Source: Podarcis liolepis
Taxonomy: Eukaryota
Strand: one strand, 5' to 3'
Assembly (NCBI GenBank): GCA_965112155.1
Contig: OZ218101.1
Length of the DNA: 64,000 nt
Positions within the stretch are counted from its first letter, which is position 1, and each line of letters opens with the position of its first letter. The notes beneath the pieces are model-generated. The model saw nothing but the letters and a program-made list of their open reading frames with translations, was not told the origin of the DNA and ran no database searches. Below are positions 38,646 through 52,900 of the stretch, in pieces. A program made the translations under genes and the position numbers.

Positions 38646-41600
38646 TTACATAACAAAGAGCTTTCTTTCAGGATTAGTTCTCCATTATACATATATTCAC
38701 AAATCTGTCCTTCCGCCCCCACTCCATCTTGTCCTTCCAAGCTAAGAAAATCCAGAGGAAAGAGATACAGAAGGCCATGCAAGGAAAAGGAAAGTTCTTG
38801 CTCCCTCACCCTCCGCACTATACACAACCAGTGACTTTATATAGAATATTTTATGAAGCTTTATAGCAACATTTCAGAATTGACCAATGAATATGTCAGT
38901 GTTCTCCCTGGGGTAACTAACTTCAAAAGGACTTCAAACCTAAATGAATCCAGGGGAGGGCATGCTTTAACTAACAAAACATTTATATACAAAAGCATGA
39001 CTTCAAGAACAGGCATACAACCTTACACATCATAAAATTGCAAGAAATACAAACACATACAGAAGAAACCAGATGTGATTTTCACATAAGAATTCACCTG
39101 GTGTCAATTTAACCTAAACACTGGAATATTTCCACCATCGGCCATCCACAAGTGAAATGATTATATGTGCCAGGGAGTGGGGGGCTGAGGCTCTACCAAT
39201 GTTCACTGCTGAAGATACTGTAAATTTGAAAGCAGATTATCTCAAGAGGATAAGTACCTGCCACATGTGCATTAATTCAGTCTACTGCAGAACACGTTGA
39301 AAATTTCAGCGTAAAAAACATTAATATGAATTTCCTAGAATCCAGGCTAGGTTTGCAGACAACAGACTTTAGTAGTAAATACCATTTCCCTTTCTAGAAA
39401 CATGCAGTGTAGGATGACAATTTTAAATAGGCTTGTTACTTGAGTAGCCAAGGAAAGAACTGATTATGTAACAAATAATACACAGGTGACTGCACCTCAG
39501 CAGTGTGGTGCTTATCCTGACTTAAACATTAAGCTATTTAAAATTTCCTGCACATGTTACGTCATGCTACCTTACCACAGCAATAAGCCCTATCCCCTCC
39601 GCCACCATACAACCACTGGATATGTTTTAAAACAACATATGACCTTTCTTGAAATATGACATTTGCACAGATTTAATATATTAAAAAATTACAGCATCAA
39701 TTGTGCCATATTAGACAATATTTCCTGCCACAAGGTTCTATCCTTCTAATGCTGGCAGTTAGTCAGGTTTTCAGAACAAGAATGGCCTCCCATTGAACAG
39801 GCAGGGATGCTGCTGTGCACTGGAAGTTTTTGTTCCCCATTCCGGCCACCAGGGTGACATAAGTGATTGGTACAGGTGTGTGGCCAGGCAGGCTAGTAAA
39901 GGTATTTGTGAACCTATTTGCAAGGCTACAAAACCCAAATGGCTGAACGGGGAATGTTGCTTGTGCAGCAACGTTCTGTAAAACTTCCCAAACACTGGTC
40001 AGAGTTCCAATGCAACTGAAAAAGCTGTACCCCAAACTTAGGGGACCACTGGTAGGAAACTCTGATTCGATTCAGCAGGTGAAGTTTCTTTGAAAAAGTA
40101 GAACTGTGGCAGGCCTGGTTCAAATGCAAAAGCCTCTGGATGCACAGATAATGTACTTTAGATCCCAACAACAACATTCAGACTTGAGATTTCTTTCCCT
40201 TAATCCAAATTTGTTGCGTTTGTTCATTTTTAATAGGTCTCAGAAAAAGATAAAAATGTGTTTTTATTTATGTCGAGGCTTATATATCAAACAAGTATCT
40301 AGACAGGAAACGAAATACAGCATAAAAATATTTAGTTACATTTCACATTTTACAAACTTGACAGTATCTTTACAAATGAACAAAGAATCAACATTTGACC
40401 AGATTTAAGCCCACTTTTGCAGATTGGATTTTGTGGTTAATGATAAAATTACAGGCAAATGAGGACTGAAAGGAAGTTACAATAAGGCATGGCAATTCTT
40501 ACTGTGATATAAAGTTATTCATCTCATTAATCTGCTTGGGAGGAATGTGCTATCAAAAGATTAAGCATCTATAACAGGAAACTTGAGTCAGGCGATCAAG
40601 TTCCTCACCTACATTGGCCAGCCAGAGGGATGGCAGCTTATACCATTCTTCATCCTAATTTAGTGTAAGAAAATGAGGAGAGAGGAAAAATTCCACTGGT
40701 TGTTTTATATGTTTTACAAAGAATTTGTGCCTAACACTTCCCTTTAAACTGATGGTGAAGAAAATCACACTTTCTTCTTTAAATGTGTGTGTACAGGAAG
40801 TAACTCGGAGGGAATTAAAAAAGGAAAACATGGGAAGATTAAATTTATCCGATGAAACAAAAACAAAGGAGCAAAGACACAATATTACCATTTTTGAAAT
40901 GTTACTCATACCATCCAATTTAGTTAAGGGGTTTCTTTCTTACATTCAGGACTTGCCTGTACTGTACCTCCAAAATAAGTTGTCATAGAAACCCTGCCTG
41001 GCTTGATTATCCACTTTAAGGCCACTATATTGAGTGTGGTGGATTAAAGCCCAAATGCAAAGGAAAACATGATCACCAGGTCTCACCAATATGCAGTGTC
41101 TCCACACTGAAATGTAGTTGCTGCTGCCCTTCTACTGGTCCCCTTACCTGCCCTTCTCCCCTGGTTGCTGCTATACAAAAACATAGTGCTGCTCACTACA
41201 GCAGGCAGGAAGAGGGGGGAGAGGGCTGACAGAAGAAGACTCTGCAGCCTCACTCTGACCTGGTGCATTTAAAGATGCATTCTCCACTGCTGGGTGAGGT
41301 CCTGGAAAGCCACCATAGAGCTAATTAATGATGGGATAATCTATAGCACAGTGGTTTAATGATAATACACATATAGCCCAATAATAACCAAGGACCTTGA
41401 TGCATCTTATATAGTTTCCCCCTCCTGTCCTGACAACAATACTATGAAGTACATTAGCCTGAGAAACAGGGATTGTCTGAAGGTCAGCCAGCAAGCTTCA
41501 TGGTTAGGTGGAGACTTGAACCTTGGGTCTGACACATATATAAACAAGCACATGTAATAATCACAGTGCACAAGACTGGATTATCTCAAACACAACAACT

Positions 41601-43634
41601 ACAGGAGAAATATATCTGAGGAAGATTACACTTTTGCCAGCATTTTTACTAGCTAAAGCAAATGAAGGTGGGGGAAACGTCCATATTCCTGCAAATGTAA
41701 TCTCTCAGCATTTTCAATATTTAAACGTAAATGGTTGTTAATTTAGCCACTTAAGCATTTACGGTTGCCTTGGAACAACCATACAATATACCCTGTAACT
41801 ATTTCTAGGACTGAATCTTATTAAGGTTCCCTGAAAGCAAAACTCAACACCCGCTGAGAAGATTTGGAACTGCACTGCTATTTGTATACATACTTCAGCC
41901 CCTCAGAAGTGATTCAAAAGGTAATGCAAGGCACACAGTTCAAAGGAAATGTGCCTGCTATGGCAGCATGTAATTTTTAAAAAATTCTATGCGAAATGAC
42001 TGGTCACTGACAGATCCAACAGGACCTGCTACACAGCTGTCTTTAGAGGCTGCTTGCCTCATTCAACATCAACCTGTCAAAGGTTAACAGGAATTTCTAG
42101 CTTTCTGTGGAGTGCTTGTTCTTCCCACACAAGCCACCCCTGCATTTCCAAGGTTCTAAAATACACAGAGTAGCAGCTGTTTGCTTTAGAAATATAGTCT
42201 AAAAACAGAGCTTTCTATAAATAAGACCACTTCTACTATTAGTCACTCTATTTTTGTTGCACAACAACCTGTGGAAGTCTTATCTTTAGCAGCTGTTTCA
42301 CACTGACTACCAGGTACTGTAATTCAAAACTGATTTCATGCAAAAAAAGGAAGAAGTGAAGAATGAAGCTTTTAAAGCACTGCAGTACCATTAATGAAAT
42401 GGATAAACAGATTTCTTAGTGGGCTGAAATCAAGGCAAACTATGTGATGGCAAGAGTTATCCTTGGTTTCAACCTATGAGCTACTCAAGCATTATTTAGC
42501 CTCAGGAACCAATCATCCAAACACCAAGCAGGCTCTACTAATTCTGTTGTGCAGCATTGAGATGTTCAATAGGTTTTCAGTTTTTTCATCAGAAGCTCGA
42601 GGTGGATAACACAGTCTTCTAATTCAAGTATGTACCAACATTCACAAGGAGCCCATAGTGGCATAGTTATTATCCCTTTCATTCACACAATAAACCTTCG
42701 AGAGGGTTAGGTTGTAAGAAAATGACAGGCACAGAGTCAACAAACTTTATGGCTGAGTGGGAATTTGAACCTCAGGCTCTTAATTAATTGATATACTTGT
42801 ATAAAAGTTTGGATTTTAAATACTTCCAGAAATAAATATATACCACAATGGCTATTTATCGTAGCAGAGAGTTTTGCAGCTAAATTGATCCAAGTTAGTT
42901 TTTTATTAATTTATTAATTTATATACCGCTCTATACCTGGAGGTCTCAGGGGGGCTGGGTAAACATAAAACTGTTAATGTATGTTTGCTTAAGCTGGGCA
43001 TGAATTTTAATCTCTCTGAGACTGTATCCCAGTTGTAGGCTGGCTGACTAGAAGGAATAGCTACTGAACCCTCCCAGATCCATAGACACGCATCAGAGGA
43101 CTTATATAAGGCTTGACACATGGGGTTCCTGCATTGTACAGACCATTACATTCCAGCAGGGGTTTTGTCTATTAGCAGAGGAAGCTAGTCCTGGATTACT
43201 CTTGGCTATGAAAGATTCAGGAGTCTGCTACAAGCATTATTTCATTTGTACAGTCTTGTCAGAAACACAGATGGCACAGCTCTGGTAGGAGAGAATTTTC
43301 TGTTTGGGCTCCTTGTATTATTTAACCCAGCTTTGCAACTAATGCCATGGAAACGTGCGGAGTTGCTATCGCTTTTCTTAAAGAGAGAGCGTATGCACTC
43401 ATGAAACCCACCTAAAGCTAATTATGTTATTTGCAATATTAAAAGTTTACATTACTTTATTATAATACCACTGTAAAAATAGCTTGCCTCACTTGTTTTC
43501 AGCTAATATATGTTTAACTGCCTCAATCTTCTCTATATTCATATTGGGTAAGGAAACCATAGTCTGACAACATGAAAGTGGTATAAAAGAGTTGTCTTAA
43601 ATAGAATACAAAAGACAAAACCTATAGCTATAAC

Positions 43635-43781
43635 CAGTGCTTTTTTATATAAAAATGTGTAGGGGTACTCTCATTTTCCTACTCATATTGAAATACTGCC
43701 CCTCAATGAGGCCAAACTTAGACCCCTAAAATGTTTAGGGGTATACATACCCCCTGCTTCCCCCCCCATAAAAAAACACTG
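43635..43781. mobile_element. hAT-type MITE, 147 bp
   Basis: Termini CAGTGCTTTTTTAT and ATAAAAAAACACTG; imperfect 8-bp TSD GCTATAAC/GCAGTAAC. Confidence 0.75.
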
Positions 43782-43809
43782 GCAGTAACAAAAAAAATGG
43801 CTTAGATAA

Positions 43810-44240
43810 ATTTTGTTGTGCTTATTTCAAACCAATAACCCCTTCCCCAAACACATGTAAAAAGGATATTGGATGTTAATCAGCCAAAAGCCTGGTTGAA
43901 GAGGAACATTTTTGCCTGCCGCCTAAAGGTTTTTAATGAAGGCACCAGTTGAACCTCCCTGCCGGAGTATTCCACAAAGGTCCATTCTTCTGCTGCCACC
44001 CTCTGGACCTCTCATGTGGAGGAGGCACACGAAGAAGGGCGTCAGAAAATGATGTCAGGGTCCAGGTAGGTTCATATGGAGAGAAGAGGTCCTTGAGGTA
44101 TTGCGGTCCTGAGCTGTTTAAGGCTTAATTGGTCAAACCAGCACTCTGCATTGTTCCTCCGGTGAGCAACTTGGCCACCGAATTCTGCACCAGCCAAAGT
44201 TTCTGAACTGTTTTCAGAAGCAGTCCTACATAAAACTTTG
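43810..44240 (-). mobile_element. L2 LINE 3' fragment (degenerate)
   Basis: FYVGLLLKTVQKLWLVQNSVAKLLTG, resembling L2 LYVGLPLKTVRKLQLVQNAAARLLTG, plus an L2-type 3' UTR. Confidence 0.8.
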
Positions 44241-46883
44241 ATTTGACAGTCACTTTGACGAGTGGATCTGCACAATGCCCCAATGTGAACTGCAACTCAT
44301 TAATCAGTGCCACATTTATGAAAGAGACATAGATTTCTTCAGAGTTGAGTCCCCTGACATAAAAAGCTCTTTGCCACTCTGTATACAGCTCTTAGCTTTT
44401 GATAAGTCCAATGTGACAGGAAGCTTGAATGGAAGAATTATTGACAGTAAGGGAGTGGAATGGAATGCTGGGCGGAGCTAAGAGTGAGTGACAGTTTGAG
44501 TGCGGCTGCTGGAAAAAGACAGTTGGAATGTGGGTGCTTTTAACAGCTGTATAGCAACATAATTCAGCAGTTCCCCATCACTACATCTCCAGGCTGGGGG
44601 AAACAGAACCTGTTTTATCTGCTGCATGACAGGCAGAAATATAGGGAGCCTGTCAGGAAAAAGTGACAAACCTAGACCCTAGTTCATAATGCCCTACTCA
44701 TGCAAAGGGGTCTCTATGCAGTCAAGGGGTAGCAGAACCATGCCACAGCTCTCATCTTTGAGGTTTACCCTGCCTTGACATCTAGGTATTACCCATGGAT
44801 GTCTGCATAGGTGCACACCAGGGGCAGAGAAAACAATTCAATCTTGGGGAACATCACAGACCAACTCTCCCTTGATTACATGGAAACCCCATCATGCGAG
44901 TAACACATAAAGAAGGCTACGGATTAGGAAGATTCTGCAGCATATACTCTTAAATAGTCTAAAAATTTGCTTATCCAGGAAGAGTACAGCACTGCCATTC
45001 CTGTGTATGTCTTATCTCTTATGAGCCCTGATGTCTTCTGTCTGTATTACTGAAGATGAAGTCCAGTCTTAGATGAATGGAAGCATAAAGAAGTCTTGCT
45101 TTCTTTAAAGCATGTTGTAAATTCAGAACTATGTGTGTGTGTAGTCCTGGGATAAGTGGACTGATAAGGCAGATTCACTTAGGCGAGAAGGCAAGAGAAA
45201 AACAGAGGTAGTAAAGTGCCTACTCTAGAATCATATATGAGCTCTCATGAGCCTTAAATTATTCAGTCCTAGTCCAGCTCCCTGTTGTCAGCCAATAGAA
45301 CTGTTGCCCAAATAAATCTTGTTTAATTAGTGGTATGAAACCTAGTCAATTAATTGTTTGTTTGATTGATTAAATTAAAGTAGTTTGCATATGAAAAATA
45401 GGGGAAATACTTTTGTTTTTAGATGATGCAGTGGGTATAATCTTAATCTTACAAAATGCATTCTGCCTCCTCAGAATGAAGGGAATGCTTGCAGTATGTA
45501 GGTAGTATAAATATTAAAAATAAAGTTTTTACTTTTTTTTAAAAAAATCATCTGCTTGATAAATCAAGAGCACCTTTCTGATTGACATAAATATGTTAGT
45601 TGATAAATGGATCTACTAGTTAAATATTTCTGCCACAACAACATCTAAGCTTGATGTTCTTCTAGCAACACCTCTATATCTATTTTCTCTTGCTGTCCCC
45701 AAGAGATTGCTTTAACCTCTGCTTTTACAACTCTCCTGATAACAAGGGCATGACCCAACGTTTTAGGAACACAGCACCAGATGACACTATGAAGCAGATA
45801 TGAAATAACAACTCGTTACCTGAACCTGATAATTCTCTGCATGTTTGCTTGGGGGAAAGCTCCATTAAGCTCAGTGAGATTTAGTTTTGAGTAAACATGT
45901 ACAGGACCAGACTGCATGTACAAAAGAAACAACATGTCTTATTGTATTGGCATCTGTTTAGTAAAAAAAAGAACCTTCAAATGACAAAAAATGAGGTAGA
46001 CTGTAAAGAAACTTTTTTTAAAACTAAAATAATATGTGTTGATTACAAAGACTGATCCTACAAGGATTTACTTGGTTCAATGTGGCTTACTTCCAGGTAA
46101 TGTGAACTGTGACCTTAAGCATATTTAATAACCTGAAGCATATTTATTTAGTTTATATACTTTTTAGAGACCCCATTCAAATGGTGCATTACCACAATGC
46201 ATAAGGAAATTCATATTTCTTATGAAAATTAAAATACTGAAAATCAATAAAATTTAAAACAAACAGCAAGAGCTAAACGATCAAGTGAGCTTCACTAAAA
46301 GGATGATGAGAAGCTGAGGATGATGTCTGAAAGGAAATCAAAGAGGGGGTCATATGCACTTCATGGAGGAAGAAACTACAGCTGAGGAGTCAGTGCTGGA
46401 AAAGGTTTGTCCCTGATACCCACCAGCAAGATAGCTCATTAAGGGAAAGCAACAGAACAGGGCCTCTACTGTCAGCCCCAACACCTGGGTAGGTAAAAAT
46501 GGTACTTCAAATTAATTGGTCCCAAACCATTTAAAGGTTAAGAACATAACATTAAACTGAGCTTGAATATGAGTAGACAGCCAATGCAACTGGCAGGGAA
46601 TAGGTGTACATGATCAAAGCGCTTGACTCCCAAAAGCATCCTGGTGGCTGTTATATGCTATTTGGATCTTCAGAGACAGCCCATAGTCATCTAACCAGAA
46701 ACACTTCTGAAGTTTAGCCATACAAGATATCTGGATCACTGGGTCACACACCACAATTACCCAAGAGTCCAGCGTCGCTCTCAAGCATTAACCCACATAC
46801 CTGTTTGGTAAGAGTTTCCAAAATATTCTGGAGTTGTCATCTTCAAATCACATTTTGGAGTTGTCCTGGAATGGCCCTATTTA

Positions 46884-47217
46884 CAGTGGTGCCTTGCAAG
46901 ACGAAATTAATTCGTTCCGCGAGTTTTGCGATTTTTTTCCGTCTTGCGAAGCACGGTGTCAGGAAAGTTTTGGAAAAGCTTCAAAAATCACCAAAGTCTT
47001 TAAAAACCTCAAAAAAGGCTACCACACCGCTCCTCGAAGTCAAGTCGCAACTGTATTAACGGTGTTAAGAAAAAGGAAACAAACTTGCAAGACGTTTCCG
47101 TCTTGCAAAGCAAGCCCATAGGGAAAATCGTCTTGCAAAGCAGCTCAAAAAACAAAAAACCCTTTCGTCTAGCGAGTTTTTTGTCTTGCGAGGCATTCGT
47201 CTTGCGAGGTACCACTG
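46884..47217. mobile_element. Tc1/mariner (pogo/Tigger-like) MITE, 334 bp, TA TSD; same ends as 15960-16250 but inverted
   Basis: TA|CAGTGGTGCCTTGCAAGACGAA...TTCGTCTTGCGAGGTACCACTG|TA. Track ORFs at both loci share VPRKTNASQD.K.ARRKGF on opposite strands. Confidence 0.92.
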
Positions 47218-47583
47218 TATTTCCCTTACACTACCATTTAAGTGTACGTGGTTTAATTAAGCATGGTCATTTGTGTCATATACTATTATGAGCACACACT
47301 GAATAATGCCAAAAGCAAGAACCTTTCTAGGTGCGGTTGTCACCCATTCGTTATGTCAAATCCAGACACAGTTTGTATTGAGCGTCTGTTGTAGTGTTAT
47401 TGCATCTTCGCAGCATTAAATGCTTTATTTTTACTAATTGGAAAATGCATAACATATCTACTGCAAAAGCCTGGGCAACTACTGATTACTGTGTACTTTG
47501 CTATGGCCACACAACTTCTGTGTTTTTGTGTGTGTGGCATAGTCTCTATTGGACCAACAGCCTCTACACTGTAATAAAAACAG

Positions 47584-47850
47584 AAGGTAAAAGGTAAAGG
47601 ACCCCTGGATGGTTAAGTCCAGTCAAAGGGACTATGGGGTGCGGTGCTCATCTCGCTTCAGGCCGAGGGAGACGGCGTTTGTCCGCAGACTGCTTTCTGG
47701 GTCATGTGGCCAGCATGACTAAACCGCTTCTGGCACAACGGAACACCGTTCTGAGTAACAGAACACACGGAAAAGCTGTTTACCTTCCTGCAGCAGCAGT
47801 ACCTATTTATCTACTTGCACTGGTGTGCTTTTGAACTGCTAGGTTGGCAG
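47584..47850 (-). mobile_element. Sauria SINE, 5'-truncated
   Basis: (AAAGGT)n tail [(ACCTTT)n on the minus strand], GGTCATGTGGCCAGCATGACTAA, TTTACCTTCC...GTACCTATTTATCTACTTGCA and GAACTGCTAGGTTGGCAG. Flanked by CAGAA repeats inside an old CR1-like tail. Confidence 0.88.
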
Positions 47851-47932
47851 AATATTGGGCTAGTTGAGCCTTTGGCCTGATTCAGCAGAGTTCCTCTTTG
47901 GTTCTTAAGGCAGCTTACATGTCACATTAAAA

Positions 47933-48034
47933 AGCACAATCCTATGCATGCTTATATACAGTGATTAATCCCATTACTGTATGTTCAGTGGAGCACAATA
48001 CAACAACCATTGCACACAGGCATAGGATTGTGCT
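47933..48034. mobile_element. Short foldback element (~85-100 bp family, many copies in the window)
   Basis: Perfect 15-bp inverted ends AGCACAATCCTATGC/GCATAGGATTGTGCT. Relatives at about 6124-6390, 31861-31923, 45835-45915, 50820-50905, 53820-53960 and 59395-59482. Confidence 0.7.
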
Positions 48035-48189
48035 GTCATATTTTTTTAAGTGCCACAAGGCATTGCTGCATTCGGCCGCCTCACATTTTATGTCTTTGGT
48101 GGCTCTCTTCTCTTGGTGCACCTCAACACTGGAATACCCCTCCTGCTATGTGTTTTGTTTGTTGGTTATTGTTATTATTACCCCTTGCC

Positions 48190-49900
48190 AGAGGAAGAAT
48201 CCCACGCACGGAAAGCGCGGGGGGCGCTTGCCCATTTAAGCAAAAAAGCCAGCGCTAGAGCTCTCGTCCATCCTTATTACAAAGGATAGGAAGAGAACCG
48301 GAGGGAGAAGCGTCTGGGCGAGCGGGAAAGTAGCGAACAGCGGCCCCTGGGGGGCGACTCGCTGACGGGAATTTGGGGGACGCGGCGCGCGAATGGACAG
48401 AGCGAACCGGCGAGGGACTGTCGGGGAAGAGGGAACCGCCTGACCGGACATTCAACCAAATTTCGGCCGCGGGGGGGTAGGCTGGGACGGTGGCGGGACA
48501 AAGCGGCGATAAGCAGGCAACTGCCCGAAGCAGTCCGGGCAGCGGAATAGGCGGCGAGGTCGCCTCACGTGGGGCCACCTCAGGGGCAACAAAGCCTGAC
48601 TCGGTTCATATGGCGGGAAAACAAAAGGCTGCTCCCCCCTCGAGCGCGGGGCGAGAGCCAAGTACCTTTTCTCCGGTCACGACGTGCAGTCCTTCCCGCA
48701 CTTTGGCGAAGGACCCCTCGCCCAACTTCCTTCCGATCAGGTAATTGCCCACGCGCTTGGTGTGCTGGAACTCGCGGAGCCGCTCCCGGGACGCGGCCGC
48801 GTTGACCCAGGCGGCCAGGAACGTCCCCTCGGGGCTGAGGGGGGGCGTCGTGGGCTCGTCGCCGCCGTCGCCGAAGCTCGCCGCGGGGGGCTCGCTCAGG
48901 AGCCCGTCGCCAGCAGCCGCCGGCATCCTGCTGCTGCTGCTGCCGCCGCCGCCGCCGCAACTCGGTGCAATCAATGCCTTTGCAACCCTTGCTGCGCCAA
49001 AGGGCTTCTGAGAAACTCGCTTCTTTCTTTCTTTAGCTTCTGCTCCCGCTACTCCCCAAATTCAAGTCTGCAGCACCAGTCTGCCAATGTGATCGGCACT
49101 CGCGTGTGCACGTGGGGACCCGACGGCGGCTGGCTGGCTGGCTGGCTGCTGAGGCGCACTTTGCCTCTCAGGGAAATGTCAAGCAAAGAGCAAAACAAGC
49201 AAGCAATGAAAAAAGCAAAATAACAGAAAAGAAACCCGCTTCGCCGACGGGGTCTGCCCGGCTTCGTGGAGATCTAGCGCGATTCGGCCGCCACGAGGAA
49301 CTGGCTCCGGACCATAGCCGCGCAGCTTTGCAGCCAGCTCCGGCGATCTGCGAGGCTGAGGCTGTGCACGCCTCACGTTGAAGAGGGAGCCTGAGCCAGC
49401 TCCCGCAGATCAATTGTCTCCAGTCTCCGTGGAAGCCCGTTGGCTGCCTTCCCCTCATTGGATCTGTCGATCACTTTTCCCCTCCCTCTCGTACCGCGCC
49501 TGGCTGCCTCTTTCTCCTGGTGCTGCTGCTTGAGGCTCTCTTCTCCTCTTGCGGGGAGGGGTCTGGGGAGGCGGGGGGGGGGAGGAGGAGAGAAACGTTT
49601 CATTCAGGCTAAATTGGCAGTAATTTAATCCGATCCCTCTGCTGAGAACAGATGCAATGAAAACTCGACAGCAGTCGTGGTCCTTTAGAAATTCGGGCAG
49701 CTCCCCCTGCCCCCCCCCCGTGTTTTTGGTGTAATACAGATTCAACCCTGAAGCCAAATCGCATCGAGGAGCCCCCTTGCCAGCGAGTTATTTACGCCTT
49801 CAATTCACGAAGATGCTGCATTTCTCTCTATAATTAGGGCAGTCAAGCCGTGACAGGCGCTCTGCGTGACTCCTTTCGGAGCAAAGCCTGGTTTATTTTT
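48190..49900. promoter_or_regulatory. CpG island over the HUNK promoter, exon 1 and proximal intron 1
   Basis: Abrupt GC- and CpG-rich segment in a CpG-depleted background, containing the HUNK ATG. Boundaries judged by eye. Confidence 0.9.
48666..48926 (-). CDS. HUNK: HUNK coding exon 1 (87 codons): N-terminus and kinase Gly-rich loop
   Basis: ATG at 48926 gives MPAAAGDGLLSEPP...REFQHTKRVGNYLIGRKLGEGSFAKVREGLHVVTGEK, closely matching the recalled mammalian HUNK N-terminus. Donor AAG|GTACTT, phase 0; lies in a CpG island. Confidence 0.97.
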
Positions 49901-52900
49901 CTCAAGATCTCTTTTATTCCTTCCCCGATAATATTTTTCTTGTGTTGCTTTGTGCCCCTTTTGTGCTTGAAAGCACTTCACTTTGCTTTCACTTCTTTGC
50001 GGGTGACATGTGCTCCAGAGCTCAGATCGTGACAGCCCTGGCAATAAAAGCATAAGCGCTCCCCACCTCCCCTTTCTGTTGTAAGAAATTGAGGCTGAAA
50101 ATGCAGTTACCTTGGCAGCTTAAAGCAAAGGAAAGCCCCGCCTTATATTAAACATTATTTTTATTTAGAGCTGCAGCCTCCATTTCATGTTCTCAGCCCT
50201 CTTGCTTTTAACAATTCCCAACCTCAGCTTTAGGAAGCATTACATCCTTCATTCTAACTGCTATCTTAAAACGCTCCACACTTCCACAATACAACTTGAG
50301 TAAATATAACTACATACAGGGGCTATGAATAGTTGGGAAAAGTCACAACTATTGCTTGTGTGAGACAAACTCATAAATAATATCAATCCCCCCCACCCCG
50401 GGGGAAGTATAGATCACCAATCATCCCCTCCATGTGCACAAATCACATCCTAGGCCTTTAGAGAGTCTGCCAATCCTCAGGTGCCTTTTTGAGGGGAGAT
50501 GCAGGAGGCTGCAGTGATAGGAAAGGCAGGCAGGTCCCCCTTTCACTACTGGACTTCTACTTGCGGAGCTTTGGATGCCATTTATAATTAATTGACAATT
50601 TGCTGTCCTTTAATGGTACCCCCAGATCTGCTACCTGCCATCTCCATCAGAGTGCATTTCGAGGAAAAAGGGAATTGCTGGCATCAATAGCCCTAATCCT
50701 TTCTGCAAATGTTTTAATTGCAATACACTCCATGTGACAATTACCCTGATCACTTGCTGAAATTACTAATTCCATAGTTTAGAAAAGCTTTTTATATAGA
50801 AGTATACAGGAAAAAAGCTGAAATCATATGCTTTTGTTTACGGGAATTAATCCCTCTGAACTCAGTGTGATTTATTTCTGAATAAACACCCGTAGGATTG
50901 GGCTATATAAGAATCTAATTTTGTTTCCCCAACGTAGTCTAATGGTAGGTCTTACGGTAACGTAACCTTAACTTGTGTGCTGATACTGCAAAACTTTGCA
51001 TACGCTAATAGTACTATCACTAAGACTTTTAATTATGGGATTTTAATAAGCCAATCACCCTACATCTTACCCCAAGGCTGAATATGGTTCTCATTACCTG
51101 TTTCCATATTCAGCACAACACAGTAGCCTGAATGAAGTTTATATGCCTATGAACCCCAGAAAAGGCTTATTCCCTCCATAGGGTACCTTCTCCACAAATC
51201 TGGTTCATTTCTCTCCCTGCTATGCGCAGGTTTTTCAGTTGATATTGCCCCCCTGAAGATTCAATAGACTGAAGCACTACTTTCCATCTGCCTTGTGTTC
51301 TTGCGTTCTTTATCCCAAGCCTCATATAGTACACTTAGATCTGTTTCACATTGGTTATAATTTGTTCATTGCCAACCTTTACAGGGATCCATAGGGCTAG
51401 TTCCAGATCCATAAACAGAGTGAGAGCTTAAGAGTACATCACAAGACAGTAATAAAAATAGATAAACAGGTGTTTTATTTGCTTCATGTTTTTATTGTGG
51501 CCAATTTATTTAGCATAGCTGTTACATCAAAGAAAGACATCATCTGGGCGTATTCATTGATCCAAGGGTAATATGTTAACTTCAACCCTAGAACATTAAA
51601 GGAAGTGTTTTCCAGTTATTTTGAAAACTGGGATTTCCGCAGGGTGTTGAGTGTGTTGTGAGAATAGGGATCAAAAGTCAATTGCCTGCCTAGTCCCAAA
51701 CTAGGATTGTAGACAGAGTTGTCTGAGGATAAACATGTAATGGTATCAGCATTTTTGTTCTCTAGCATAGCATTCATGGGGTTCAGTTATTTGCCATAAA
51801 ATTTTTAGAAAATATAAGTGCGGTATGATTGTCTTGAAGATTTGGGAAATTTAAAAAAAACATTTCGCAGCTAATGAAAAATGGAGCCCTTCTGTATTCC
51901 AAAGGAAAGTGAAAAAAGCCCATCGGACCATTTTCATGAAACAGATCAGTGGCACCGAAACAGGCAGATTCAAAAGTATATCAGATGGGGGAGAATGTTG
52001 ACTTTGGTAAGTATTCATACACACACTATATTAATAGTTAAAATTTCTAACTCTAAATCTGTGGCCACTGCTTCCATTTGTATTAATTCAAAAAGACTAC
52101 ACAAGGCTGATGTCTTTAAGAATATAGTGTTTGTATGCGTACCCAAAGAGGTGGCCAAACTGATTTTGGGAGCAACCCAATGCAGAAGAAGCTGGCATAA
52201 AGCAAGCCAGTGTAAATTAAGCCGAGATAAAGTTACACCAGATCCAAAACCCATTCAGTAAGGGTGCTTCTGCTCTCTCCAAATCTGGCAAAGCAGTGGC
52301 CGACCTTGGGGTCTCAAACTTTAGCAGTGCCTAGTGCAATGCCAAAATTTGGTGTTCCCCTTCCATTCTACATCATAGTTACAGTTCCCCTGAAGCTCCG
52401 CATCCAGTGCAACCGAAGCAGTCACTCTCGCCTAAATCAGTCACTGGAAAGAGGGCAAACAAGCCTTTAAAATGGTTATGTTATCAGGTTGATGACCAAG
52501 CTGGATAACCTTGGGATCCAACCTAAGTCCCCTTTCTGTGGTCCCATTCCTGCCACACCTCCAGAATGCCCCTTTTGGGGGACTTACATTGGGCTCAGCT
52601 CAGCAGGCTAAGCTGGGATGAGCAAGTTATGTTGGCGTATTTTCAGCTGAGATGAGGTTGGGGACTTAATGCCCTCTGAGCCAGGAATCAGCCAGTTGAT
52701 CCAGAGATCCACTGTATCCTGATTGCTCATCCTGGTAGATATTGTCATAGGATTACCCCATTAATTAGGTAATTCACTTTGGGAAACACAGTTCACACAA
52801 ATACCGTATATTAAAGTATCCTTGATGTAAACCCAGAGTGTATGATTTAGTCTGTTAATCTCTAGCCCTTAAATTTCTAGATTTTGACTCAACACACACC

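Noticed and set aside
48236-49757. Many overlapping 60-180 aa ORFs on both strands (e.g. 48684-49223 +)
   Set aside because: Stop-poor shadow frames of the GC-rich CpG island and antisense of HUNK exon 1; no recognisable domains.
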